Below are positions 13,687-27,700 of a stretch of DNA of 64,000 nt, in pieces. A model generated the notes under the pieces. It ran no database searches and had not been told where the DNA came from. It saw only the letters and a list, made by a program, of their open reading frames with translations. The position numbers and the translations under genes are program-made. The stretch covers positions 45,756,001 through 45,820,000 of the forward strand of contig NC_043005.1 in the NCBI RefSeq assembly GCF_006345805.1. Reading direction: 5' to 3'. How positions within the stretch are numbered: position 1 is the first letter of the stretch; every line of letters starts with the position of its first letter. The stretch is from Octopus sinensis. Lineage: Eukaryota.

Positions 13687-16173
13687 TGCACACACAATGC
13701 AATATCTATTTCCTTTAACCCAGAAACTACATTCGAGAAATTAGCATGGTTATGTCTTTTACATATGATCTGTAAGATCCTGAATTCAGTTCATAAATTG
13801 CTAAGAATGCAATGTGAAATATATATGCAACCCCACTTTAAGAGAATTTAAGGTTGCATTTATTTATGTTACTTATTAAAACATGGTAAGTAAGAGATCT
13901 CCAGTGTTTGATATATGGCCAAGCCATTTAAGTTGACATTGGTGAACATTAGACAGATCAGCAATCAGGCAACTGACTGATCTTAGCTAACAAATCTGTT
14001 TTTTGAGTCAACAGTAGACTACTGAAGTTTCATAATACTAAGCATACAACTGCTCATGTGCAGTTTAATATTTTAAGATTTATGCTCAATTTTCAAAAGA
14101 AATGTACCTTCACTGTCTGTTTCACATTCAGTATAATGTATAAGTACACACTGCTTACTTTTTCTACTGTATATCATATTTTCCACTATACTTTCATGTC
14201 ATGTAATACATAAGTGACACTGTTATTTTGAGGTGGAATCTTGTGGGGCTTTTAGTTTTGTTGCTTGTGTACTACATGATATTATGCATGATAAAACACT
14301 TTTAGCTTCATGAATATGTATACTTACACTTTAATTTCAATTTTGTCTTGCCCTATTTGATACCAACCTTGTTAGAGATTACCTCAACTTCCTTTAACCT
14401 TTAGGAGACAACAGGGCCAATCTGTCAGCCAAAAAGTCGAATGACAAAGAAGATTGTATTAGTTCATTTAATTTCCTACACAAAGATATATAGTTGTGTA
14501 TATGTAAAGTAATTACTTAATTTTTTTATAATTTTTTTTTTTGAAAAATAAGTGTACGCCCACTATAGGGCTTGTGAAAAGGGCTCCGTCTTCTTAGCTC
14601 TGAAACTCCAAATGAGGCTCTGTCTCTTAAGGGTTAACTTGTTCCTATTTAAATGAAAACTTCTATCATAATTTTGTGTAAGAATCTTTTAAGTTACAAA
14701 CATTACATTAAAGAACAATGATATATATTATGTGATTCCTTCAAATTCTTGATTATTTTTAAAATTGGACCACAGCATAGTGCAAGTGTGGCTGTATGAT
14801 AAAAAGCTTGCTTCCTAACAACATGGTTCTGGATCCTATGTGGCACCGTAGGCAAGTGTCTTCTACTGTTTTGGGCCAATCAAACCTTTGTGAGTGGATT
14901 TGGTAGATAGAAACTGAAAGAAGCCGAGCTGGCAGAAATGTTAGCACGCCAGGTGAAATGCTTAGCAGTATTTCATCTGCCGTTACGTTCTGAGTTCAAA
15001 TTCCGCCGAGGTTGACTTTGCCTTTCAGCCTTTCGGGGTCGATAAATTATGTACCAGTTATGCACTGGAGTCAATGTAATCGACTTAATCCCTTTGTCCT
15101 TGTTTGTCCCCTCTATGTTTGACCCCTTGTGGGCAATAAAGAAATAAGAAACTGAATGAAGTCTGTCATATATATGTGTATGTCTATGTCTGTCTGTCTC
15201 CCACCACTGCTTGACAGCTGGTTTTGGTTGTGTTTACATCCCTGTAACTTAGCAGTTTAACAAAAGAGATTGATAGAATAAGTACCAGGCTTTAAAATAG
15301 AAAAATTGGGGTTGATTCATTCAACTAAAAATTCTTGAAAATGGTGCCCCAGCCTGATTCAAAGTAAAGATAACGACAAAATGGTTAAGACTGGTGTTTA
15401 TAATGCTGCCTTATTGAAATCTCTTGTGTATTAAGGATAGTTTGGTATTGTTTAGCCTCAGGTCAATCTAGATCTAGCTGATTTATGATTTACAAAGAAA
15501 TTCCACTTGTAAAAATCCAGCTCAATTTTTCCATCATTCAAAGCAGGACTACATCACCATATACAGGTCCTTCAGATTTTATAATGGGGATTTTTGTGAG
15601 GTTTGCGGTTAACTCTTTGCAGCAAGATGAACTAAGGTAGTGGGTGCTTTTGTGAATATCTTTGTATTGTATGCTAATGGTTTTTGTTGATAATTGGTTT
15701 GTTAGGTGATCTTTATCAGCTTTACTAAAGTGAACATATAGTACAGAAATAGTCCTGGTGTTTCTACTGGAAGACATGCCATCTTTATAGCTATGTTAAT
15801 TTAACACTTAAAATCTGTGGTTCTGTATTAAAAAAGGTTTTCGTTTAAAGAAGTATTTGATTAGGCAGATTTTTATTGTTGCCTTTTGTAAGTTGAGTAG
15901 CTATATAAAAAGATACCTGAGTGGATCTGAATGATGATGGGCAAGTTAGTGGCACATGTATGTATGTGTAATATATATACTGCTTGAAATATATATATTG
16001 AGAGCAGATTGCATCGATAACCAGCTAGAGGAGGTGTCCTCTTGTGGTTAAAAATGGTAATAATGTCGGTTCATATGGAACAGCCATGTTGAAGGGGCAA
16101 CAATATTACTTCTCAATATAGTTACTACTTTCATCTCTTACAGAGATTTTCTAACTAGCTACTTTGCTTGTTT

Positions 16174-16207
<34 letters not shown>

Positions 16208-19200
16208 TACATATATACACACATACACATATACACAGCAGGTGCATTCCAGAGGTCTTGAGACTTTTTTTAGGAGAGGAAGTTATTAGTCTTAGATTTG
16301 CCTTTCATCTTTTCAAAGTTGATGAAATAAGTACCAGCCAATCACTGGAGTCGATGTAATCAACTAGCTCTGCTCCCCAAAATTTCAGGTCTTGTGCCTA
16401 TAATAGAAAAGACTAATTTTAGTATATCATTACTATACACTTAATAAGCTGACCTGCCAATTTTTGTTATTCTAGATTTAAGGAGATGGCTATAACAGCA
16501 CTTTGAACACACCCCGCTAAACACTGCTTTCCACAGCTGACTAGCTTGCAGAATGCTGTTCAGGCATATGGAAACTTGCTTTACAATAGAGCTTTGTGTT
16601 AAACTGGGCAAAAACACTATAGAAACTTAAGATATGCTTCGGAATGTTTATGGATTAACATTTTTGCTGGCACAAGAGGATATGAACAGCAGATAAATGA
16701 GAGACGATGAGAGGTTTTGGTGGGAAAGGGACATCGCAACATCAAAACTGATTGAGAAAATTCACAATTTTCGGGATGAAGATTGTTGTGTCTATAAAGA
16801 CAGTGATCATACAGTTTGGAGTTGCAGCAGCTGTACACAGAATTATTCATGAAGATCTAAACATGTGCAAAATTTGTGCAAAGCTTGTTTCCAAGGTGCT
16901 CAGTCACAAGCATTCTGGTAACCAAGAGATTAACGAAGTTAGGCATCAAAACTAATCTTCACCCTCTTAGCAGTCCAGACCTTGCTCCCTGTGACTTTTG
17001 GTTGCTCCTCAAGCTGAAAGAGAATCTCAGGGGCAATCATTTTGAAGAAGAAGGAGGCTGTGACAAATGGACCAAAACAATCTGTTGAGTTTCTCTCTCC
17101 ATTTTTGAAACTATAGTCTTATCAGCAAAAATGTATGTTGCTGATGCTATAAGAATTTATAAGCTTTCAAGAAAATGTGAAATTTTTTTTGGAAGAGTGG
17201 ATCTTGAATAATGCTATTAAGAACAGCATATAAATATTGGGTTGAAAAGCCTTTTTGGATGAAAATGTCAAAGGCCACCCATGTGACTTGAACCCACATC
17301 TTTATACCTGCAGGTTGTTTGTAGCTTTGATAACAGAGGTATCTGGTTGTTGTTCATAGGAACATTTAGAAATTTACTTCATTAAATCTGATTTTGTACT
17401 TAATTATATAAATTGGTAAATCCTGTTTGTGAACATAACCTTTTTAATATTTTGAATGCTTCATAAAATGATTGAATTTAATTTGTCTTTAAAAATGCAA
17501 ATGAATACGATAATGATGATGATGATTTGCATGTACCTTTGTATACTAATTATAAGGCGTATGTGTTTTGTCTTCCTGTTAGGATCCCTATATCCAATCA
17601 ATGGAACACCACACAGATTGGGTAAACGATGTTGTTCTTTGCTGTGGTGGCAGAACATGTGAGTTTCTTCTGTTCATATATATTTATTTATAAAAGGAAA
17701 AGGGAAATAAAGAAAGCTTCTAACAATGCAGAAAGTTTTACAAAAACCTTTATCTTCACAAGGAAACAGTCCAAAAAATGTGTATTTACACCGATTTCTT
17801 TGTTTTATTTTAAACTACTTGGCATTTGGGTTAGCAGCAGCAACTCTCTAGCCGTTTTGTGCAAGCAACTCTCCAACCTTTGGAGAGTTGCTTGTATTAA
17901 TGCTGAGCAGTTTAAAATAAAGTAACAAAATTAGTATAACTACACATTTCTTGGACTGCTTCCTTCTGAAGACGGGCCTTTGCACCTGAAATATAAAGGT
18001 TTTTGTAAAACTTTCAGCATTGTTAGAAGCTTTCTTTATTTCCCTTCTGTTTTCTTACTTTTGTACTACAATGCTTCAAGCAAACTACAACACTTAGATT
18101 TATTTATTTTCCATCTGTATGTATCCTGGTTTTAGACCAGGTAAATTGTATCACAGCATGTCTTAATAGGTGACAAAAAGTATTGGTGTCCAGATTCTAT
18201 ACAGTCTAAAACATACATGACGTTTCCTGTATTTTATTAATACTATTATGTAGCTCATATTCTGTGCACTTGCCTATCCTATGGTTTGATGCTCCCACAT
18301 CATACTGCGCTGGATATAGGAGTGGAGTGTGGGACCTTCTGAGCCCAAACATTGGTTATGTGTCATACTTCACAGTGCCTGTGTCTATTCTTTGGGTGTA
18401 GGAGTGGGTGTGTGGTAAGAAGTTTGCTTTCCAACCACTTTGGTCCCAGGTTCAGTCCCACCATGTGGCACCTTGGTCAAATCTCTTCTACTTTAGCCTC
18501 AGGTTGATCAAAGCTTTGCGAGTGGATTCAGTTGATGGAAATTGAAAGAAGCCCATCATATATGTATATGTGTTTTTGTGTGTCTGTGTCTGTACCCCAT
18601 CACTGCTTGACTACTGGTGTTGGTGTGTGTATGTCCCTGTAAATTAGCAGTTCAGCATAAGAGACCAATAAAGTAAGTACCAGGCTTTAAAAAAAAAAAA
18701 AAAACTACTCAGGTCCATTCCTTAAGGTTGTATCCCAGCATGCCTGCAGTCCAATGACTAAAACTTGTAAATGAATAAAATGATAAAAAATCAACCATAT
18801 TTGTTGTAATCAGTTAATTTCTACTGAAGAGAGAATTTGTGATGTTGTATTGACAGTAAACTTCTCCAGCTATATTGTTAGTAGTGGATTAGGGTACTGT
18901 GTTTTTAAAATTTTGTGTATAAATCTTTTAACCCTTTAGCATCTAAAGTAGCTGTTCCTGGCCCAGATAATCTACCTGTTTCATTTTTAAACTGGCCAGA
19001 TCCAACCTCTCACACTTACCCTACAATATTATTCTAAAAATAAGCAATTGTCATTGAATTCTCAGAGCTACAAGGTTATGCATGATTAAATCAAATCAAT
19101 GTGAATAAATATACATTACGTCTGACAGAGAAATCTGAATGCTAAAAGGTTAAACCAGCTGTTTCTGACCCAAATAATCTACCTGTTTTATGTCCAAACT

Positions 19201-21592
19201 GATCAGATTCAGCCTCTCACACTGACCCTAAGAAGAAACAAATACATCCACAAATCCTTGAAGCTATTGAGATAATGTTTGATTAATTCTAAACTGTGAA
19301 CAAATGAGCATTACATTAGACAGAATAATCTGAATGCTAAAGGGGTAAATTCTAATCTGTTGAGAATATAAGTGATAAATTAAGCGAGAAATTCTTTCAA
19401 CGTATATCTATTGTGGTAACTGTAAATCTCATTTCTTGACAGTGATATCTGCATCCAGTGATACAACGGTGAAAGTGTGGAATGCCTACAAGGGATTTTG
19501 TATGTCTACATTACGAACGCATAAGGTAATTATTGGACATTAAATTGCCATTTCCTTAACGATTTGTTTTTAATCTAGCCAGATTTGAAATACGTGGTTA
19601 GTAATTAGCAGTCAGATACTAATTACCATGGCGTCAATTTTATTACAATTATTGCATGCTCCAGCACACGTCACTGTTGATTGGATGGTATTGTGTTGTT
19701 TAACCCTTTAATATTTAAACTGGACATATCTGGCCTAAAATATTCTTCCTGTCTCATGTTCAAAAGCTCTGGCTTTTCACATCTACCCTACAATGCCATT
19801 CTAAAAATAGACAATCATATCATTGGAATATTAGAACTATAAGATAATGCATGATTAATTCAAAACATTGTGAATAAGCATTACATTTGACAGAGTCATC
19901 TGAATGCTAAAGTGTTTACTCCATCAGCTTTGATTAAGCAGACCTACAATGAAAATCATTCTAGTTGTGATTATCCTGACTTTTAATCATGCTTAGTGTA
20001 CTTTGAATAACACTATCTTAGATCTGCCAAGAAACCTGACTCCTCATATAGCCAGAGCTTTAACTCAATTTTTCACAACGTGTAAGTGACTGAGATTTCA
20101 ATACTCCCCCACCTAAACAGGATGCCAGACAGTTGCATAGTTAATTCCCCAGCTTTTACTAAAACTAATTTACAGTTGAGTGAACTGGAACACACATGGA
20201 ATAAGGTGTTTTTCTTGAGAATATAATACGTTGTCTGTTCTGGGAATCGAAACTGTGATTTTAAGATTGTGAGTGCAATGTCCCTTCCCACTAGGCCACA
20301 CATCTTCACCAAAAACTATGTCCATTTTTGAGATGGTAAAGGTGTAGTTAAAGAGAAATAGTTTGCTATTTCTTACGGGTCAAATGAAATGCCTGTAGCT
20401 GAAGTACATTTCACTCTTTATTTTACTTCATGTACATTAGAGAAGTTTTGAACAGTTCTGCAAAAACTAGATGATTCAAAATTTCTTAAAGACCCCCCCT
20501 CTCTCTCCCCTCTCTCCTCTTTCTCCCTTCCCCTCCCCCTATCCTCTCTGTTTTCTTTTTCTTTCTCTTTTTCCTTCTCTTTGACTGTCTCTCTCCTTCT
20601 GGTATCTCTCTTTCTCTCATTAAGAAATTTTAACTATCCAGACTTCCTCCGTTGTATATAATTATGAGAAATGGAAGAAAATATGAGAACTAGTATCATC
20701 ATAAAATGTTTTATAGCCGAAGTAGATATCCAATCTGTGGTGAAAGTCTGTTCATTATGAATTTAATTTGTTTAAAATAAGATCGATCACTTGTTGCTCA
20801 CTAGTCATCTTTGCAGGCTGAAGGAGAACACTGACTATATTCAGTGACAAGGCTGTGTAGGACTGTTGGAAACCCTGGTGTAACATTGAGGACATGTGCA
20901 ACTTCTCAGAAAGTTCCTTTAACCCTTTAGCATTTAAACCGGCTATATCTGGCCGAGATACTCTACTTGTTTTATATTCAAACCAGCCAGTGCCAGCCTC
21001 TTATACCTACCCTAAAACATTATTCTAAAAATACACAGCCACCTCATCGAAATCTTGAATCTACAAGGTAATGCATGATTAATTTAAAACAATGTGAATG
21101 AATAAGAACTACATTTGATAAAATGATCTGAAAGTTAAAACGTTAAATCATATTAGAACTGAAATTTAATATTACAGTTTAAGTGTGTTGGCCATATACA
21201 TTGGTTGATGGTGGGGATATCAGCCATTGTGTCCTCAATACTCACTGTCTGTTACCTTGGTTAGTTATATTTAAAACGATTTGTTATGTCATCATTTGAT
21301 GTCTGTCTTCCATGCTGGCATGGGTTGGACAGCTTGACAGGAGCTGGAAAGCCAGAAGACTGTGCCATGCTCTACTCACTTTACAGAATGTGATGGGTGC
21401 TTTTTATGCCACAAATGAGGTCACCAAATAACTTACAAGGCATCTCAGTGAAGAGTAGTCTTGAAAAGGAAGTGGCTTTGTGCCAGGTGATGAGAGGTTA
21501 GAGTATGATAGTGGAACAGAAATATGTGTCTTGCAGTAGACGAGATACATGACTACCCTAATTGGAGAGGAGGGAGGTGATGAACACGTGTA

Positions 21593-21627
<35 letters not shown>

Positions 21628-24600
21628 TTGTGTTTATTATTTTACTCTTCAATGTTGATACTGGCAATATTCTATGAATTTTCAAAACATTGATATAACG
21701 TAGTCAGTTTGGTCATCAGTATTTTTTTTCCCTTCTAAAGTGGTGAGCTGGCGGAATCATTAGCATGCCTGGTGAAATGCTTAGCATAATTTCATCTGTC
21801 TTCATGTTATGAGTTCAAATTCTGCCATTCATTGCTGTTCATTCTTTCAGGCTTGATAAAATAAGTACCAGTTAAGTACTGGAGTCGATCTAATTGACTT
21901 CCCCCTCCCTTCAAAATCTACTGGCCCTTTACCATTATTTGCTCTTCAATATTGATAGTACCAGTATTCTATGAATTTCAAAACATCAACGTAAATGTAG
22001 CCAATTTTCTCATCAATAATTTTTATTTTACATTTTTGTTTAATATCTTTTGGTATTGTTTTATAGGATTATGTGAAGGCCTTGGCTTATGCAAAAGACC
22101 GTGAACAAGTAGCTTCAGCTGGTTTTGATCGGGCTATTTTCCTATGGGACGTCAATACACTGACGGCTCTTACTGCATCCAATAATACTGTCACAAGTAA
22201 GTACTATATTTATAGTATTCTATTATTAATTTGTGAAGGTACCTGGTATTATCTGTCTGCTATATTCATCTACTCTGTCTGTGATATCATTATGTCAGTG
22301 TGATATCATGTGTCTTACATGGCTTACATACAGTTGGAAGTATTTAAAGTTCAATGCTAAATGCAGTTTTATGGTGTCACATTCCAGTAACATTGCTGTA
22401 TATTAATACACAGTTACAACAGTTGTCTGAAGTTTTGAACTTTGTGTTTAGGATAAAGATTTACAATTCTAATAATCAGCTAATAACCAACATCAAGATG
22501 GATTCAAACAAAGTAGAAGTATTGCTACTACAGTCTAATTATAGGAAAGACCAAGGTGATGTTCACACTGATACCTGGGGAACACTATTCAGCACATGAT
22601 TAGGAGTGGTGGATACATATCCATACCTATCGAATGAATGTAGCCTGGATTTTGAAATTATATTGAGAGGAGAGCAGAGGGAATGACGGGGGACCAAGAC
22701 TCCTGGCACTTTGCTGTGCATGTCAAGCTAAGTAAAAGTTTGGTTACCCTTACATACAAGCTCACCCCCTGCAACTCTTTCCAGCTGAGCATCCCTAATC
22801 TCGTGGACTTGTCGGTGCTGGTGCCTTGTAAAAAAACACCCATGTCGGTGCTGTGTAAAAGCGCCCAATACACTCTCTAAAGTGGTTGGCATTAGAAGGG
22901 CATCCAACTGTAGAAACCATGCCAAATCAGACATGGAACCTGAACAGCACTTCAGCTGCTCAGCTTCTGCCAAACCGCCCAACCCATGCCAGCATGGAAA
23001 TGGATCTTAAATGATGATGAGTTGAGAAAGTGAGTACATCATTTAGCAAACTTGTGAAAGGGTGTTGTGGATTGTGGTATTACAGCTCGCACAAAAATCA
23101 ACATTTACAAGTTTGCATACTGACAACACTTTTGTATGCTTCTAAGACATGGGCTACTCATAGTTACAATTTGGAAAATGACTACAGCATAAACCAAAGA
23201 AACAATGCAAGGATTGTATTGATGAATGATTTAGTCATCTAGGTTTCTGGCAGAGGAAGGTATTGCTAGGTTTGAGCTAACCAAAAAGCAGCATGCACAG
23301 TTAAAATATACTCTGAGAAAAGGAGGTATCATTGATGCACCAGAAGAGATTAATAGTTGGAAATTTAGTCTTTGTGACAGAGATTACCTGTCAAAAATCC
23401 TGTGGCTACATAAGCCACACAAAATCACAAAGTAATTTGCAAAATCAGGAAGTAGCTAACTGTCTTGGAAGCTATGAAAAACGTCATGCATGCTGCAGTC
23501 TCTTCTCTGGCTAAGCCATTCAAAATAAAGATCATAATTGACCCACAGTGTTGGTGAGCTGCAACAATTAGCTCTGATTTAAGTAGCTGTCAAACTCTCA
23601 GAATTATAAACACCCAAATTATTCTATATTTATTATCAAGTACGTGATCTGGTACTCTGCTCACCGAGTAACACCCTGGCTCCACCTTACAAAGATATTC
23701 ATGACTATTTCTCACTCAGTTCCTTCTGTTTATTTCTGTTCTGTTTGTCAGCTGCATAAGTTGATCTGTTTGTAAACTGCACCTGTATCTTCTAATTGCA
23801 GTTTTGTTAGCTCGGCTTACTACTACTACCACCACCACCAGTAGTAGTAGTAGCTGCAATGACTGTTAAAAAGTCATTAAATAATGATATAGCTGCCTGT
23901 GATATATTTCTCGGGGTTTCTGTAAAAGCTACATAATGACTGTTTATAGCATTGACTCCATAGACTGGTGTTAGTTAAGTGGTTCAAGTGCCAACTTTAC
24001 TCCTGTTGTACAATATTACTTTGGTGCTTTAGACCACACACACATATATTTCTACATGACACTGAGAACAGCTGTGTGCTGGGCTTTGAAATTTAATACA
24101 ATTTATTTTGCAATAACATTTAAATATAGTTGGTAGACAGAAACTTTGTGTGAGCCTGTCATATAAATATGTGTATGTCTTTGTGTCAGTATTTGACTAC
24201 TCGCCCCCCCCCCCCCCACTGCTTGATGACAAATATTTATTTCCTTGTGATTTAGCCTTTTTTTAATCCACCTCCCTTTTTTTTTTTACTTGTTTTCAGT
24301 CACTAGTCTGCAGCCATGCTAGGGTACTGCCTTGAAGAAATTTAGTCAAATAAATTAATGCCAGTGTTCATTTTTTACTCTTTTTTTTTAAAGCCTGGTA
24401 TTTACTCTATCAGTCTTTTTTGCTAAACCTCTAAGTTACAGGGATGTAATTACTCCACCACCAGTTGTCAAGTGGTGTTGCCAAGGGGTACAAACACATA
24501 AATATATATACATAGATAGGTACAGGCATGGCTGTGTGGTAAGAAGCTTGCTTTCCAACCATTTGGTTCTGGGTTCAGTTCCCGTATGTGGTACCTTGGG

Positions 24601-24671
24601 TCAAGTGTCTTTTACTATAGCCTCGAGTTAACCAAAGCCTTGTGAATGGATTTGGTTGATGGAAACTGATG

Positions 24672-24706
<35 letters not shown>

Positions 24707-27700
24707 TTGCCCCACCTCCACCATCACTTGACAACCAATGTTGGTATGTTTACATAGCTTTAACTTAGCAGTTCAGCAAAAGAAACTGATAGAATAAGTA
24801 CTAGGCTTACAAAGAATAGGTCCTGGGGTCAATTTCTTTTAAGGTAGGGTTCCAGCATGGCCACTGTCAAATGACTGAAACAAGTAAAAGAATATGTACA
24901 TAAGATACCTGTCTTGCATCTACATTTAATGGGTATGGCTGGGTGGTTCAAAAGTTTCATGTTTTGTCCTACAGTGTGACATTTTGCCAAGTGTCCTAGC
25001 TTTGGGCTTATACATGACTTGTCAGTAAAATTTTGCTGATAGAATCTCTCAAGGAAGCCTCTGCGTGTGTGTGCGCATGCATGTATATGCTTTCTCATTG
25101 ACAGGTCAGTTGGCAGTGATATTCATGTCCAATAGACAAACTGTCTGGCAGCCCATCTGTGTATATGGGCTCTTGGAATTAAGTTTCTTGCTTGAAAGAC
25201 AAGGGTTGATGTCAGAAAAAATATCCAATTGTAAACTATTTCCTCAACATGTCTCGACCAATTCATGCTGGCATGGAAAAAGCTGTCTGTAAAAACGAGA
25301 AGGATGATGATGTTCGTAAGTATTGATGGCAATGATTAAGGTGGCCAACAGGTAGAATCACTAGTACACTGGGCAAAATGCTTAACGACATTTTGTCTGT
25401 CTGTACATTATGAGTTCAAGTTCTTCTGAGGTTGACTTTATCTTTCGTCTTTTCAGGCTCAATAAAATAAGTACCAGTTAAACACTGGGGTTGATCTAAT
25501 CAACTTGCCCCCTCCCTCAAAATTGCTGGCTTTGTGCCAGAATTTTATATCAATATGTAACTAAGGTGATGAGGTGGCAGAATCGTGAGCACTTTAGCAC
25601 TCTGGACAAAATACTTTGCAGCATTTTTTCTGTCTTTGTGTTCTGAATTCAAATTCCACCATGATAAACTTTGCTATTCATCTTTTGGATTCTGGGGTCA
25701 ATCTTAGCAACTTATCCTTCTCCCAAAATTGTTGGCTTTGTACCAAAATTCAAAACCAATATTGATGGAGATAATGACAATGATGATTTGCATCTGTATT
25801 TGATATATTTGTCTTGCAACTACATTTGAATGTAATACTTCTGTCTTGGAAAAGTGATCACCCACGCCAGAAAATAAAAATCTGTTTACATGGTTGGAGC
25901 CGCTGTCTTATAAACTTAATCTTTAATTAATCTCTTGTCTGATTTCCTCCTGGAACTTCTGTGTCTTTATTAATCCATTAAACTGTTTGCTTCTAATAAG
26001 TCTTTGGTTGAAGAATCAGCTACTTATCAAACAGAGAATACAACCATTTAATTATTGTTAATAACCATGTCTGTTGTAATATATGTTGGTCATGTAAATT
26101 GCTTCATTAATTATAGAGATGAGAATTATATATTGAGTCGACTTATCAGATTGTCTTGTGAGATTAATCGGAGCACTGAGATATTTTAATGCAAAGAGTA
26201 AAACTTGATAGCTGAAGAATTACTTCTAATTAAACATTTTAGTATCTTATTCCTAAATCTTATTTTATATAACCTTATGTTTACTTACAACTTTCTTGAT
26301 TGACCACCTTAGAAAGTATGTTGGTATCATCATCATCATCACCACCACCACCATGATTATGATGATGATGATGATATTTTTTTTTCCTGCTGGCATGCTT
26401 TGTATGGGCCATCACAGTTTGAGTCTTGTGGAGATAAAATAATTTAGTTAAGGATAATAGAAATAATTTATAGTTCCTAAATTGAGTAGCATGAATGGCA
26501 GATGCTCTGTGCTGTAATTAATAATACAGTTGCCCAGTTAGTGATGGATGGATGGATGATTCACATCCTATTGATGGGTCTATTTTTCTTTTGTGTCTCA
26601 AATTGATTATAAAGTCAAGTATCAGCTTATGCACTTAAACAGTAACGTTTTTTTACTTCTTTCTTCTTTCCAGCTTCCAGCCTTAATGGTAACAAGGATT
26701 CCATCTACAGTTTAGCGATGAATCCTCCTGGAACAGTCATTGTATCTGGGTCTACAGAAAAAATTTTAAGAGTGTGGGATCCTCGTACGTGTCAGAAAAT
26801 GATGAAATTGAAAGGTCATGGGGATAACGTCAAAGCTATTGTACTGAACAGAGATGGTACTCAGGTTAGTTAATATTTTGTGTCTTAGTTGTTTTTTCTC
26901 TTTTACCATTATTCTCAAACGTTACGTGATGGATGAGGACAGCTGTGTAAAGAAGTGCCAAGCTCTGATTGTGGAGGGTACTTGTGGAAGGGGTAGACTC
27001 AGGAAGACATGGGATGAAAGGGTAAGAAAAGATCTTCAGATGCTGGGCCTCCTCACAGAGGAAGTAACAAGGGACCAAGAGATGTGGTGATTTGCTGTAC
27101 TTGATAAAACATGTCAAGCCAAGTAAAATTGCTGTCTTCCACATACACAAGCTTATCCGTTCAGGGTCTGGTGCCACATAAAAAGCACCCGTGCCAGTAC
27201 TGCATAAATGCACCCATGCCAGTGTTACGGAAATGCACTCATGCTGGTGGCACGTGAAAAGCACCCAGCACACTCTGTTAAGTGATTGGGGTTAGGAAGG
27301 GCATCTAGCCATAGGAACCATGCTTCAACAGACAATTGGAGTCTGGCCAACTCTGTCAAACCGTCCAACCCATGCCAGCATGGAAAGCGGATATTAAATG
27401 ATGATATATATATATATATATATATATATTTTAAAAGAATTGTTATAAACCTCTGTATTTCATCATTGTTCTGATGTGAGTTCTTATTAGACATTTTCGG
27501 GTAAACATGCATCCTTTTGTACTTATCAACATCCTCCTAACTAAAGATAGTTTTTCTTTATTTGCTTGATCCAGGCTGCATAATTTAGCTAAATGAAGAT
27601 GCTGGTGGAGGGTGAGTGGAATAGATTGCAATGATAAGAAGCTATATTTTAAGACATTTAACACAAGCTACTAAATGAAGTGTTCTATTCAATTTATCAC

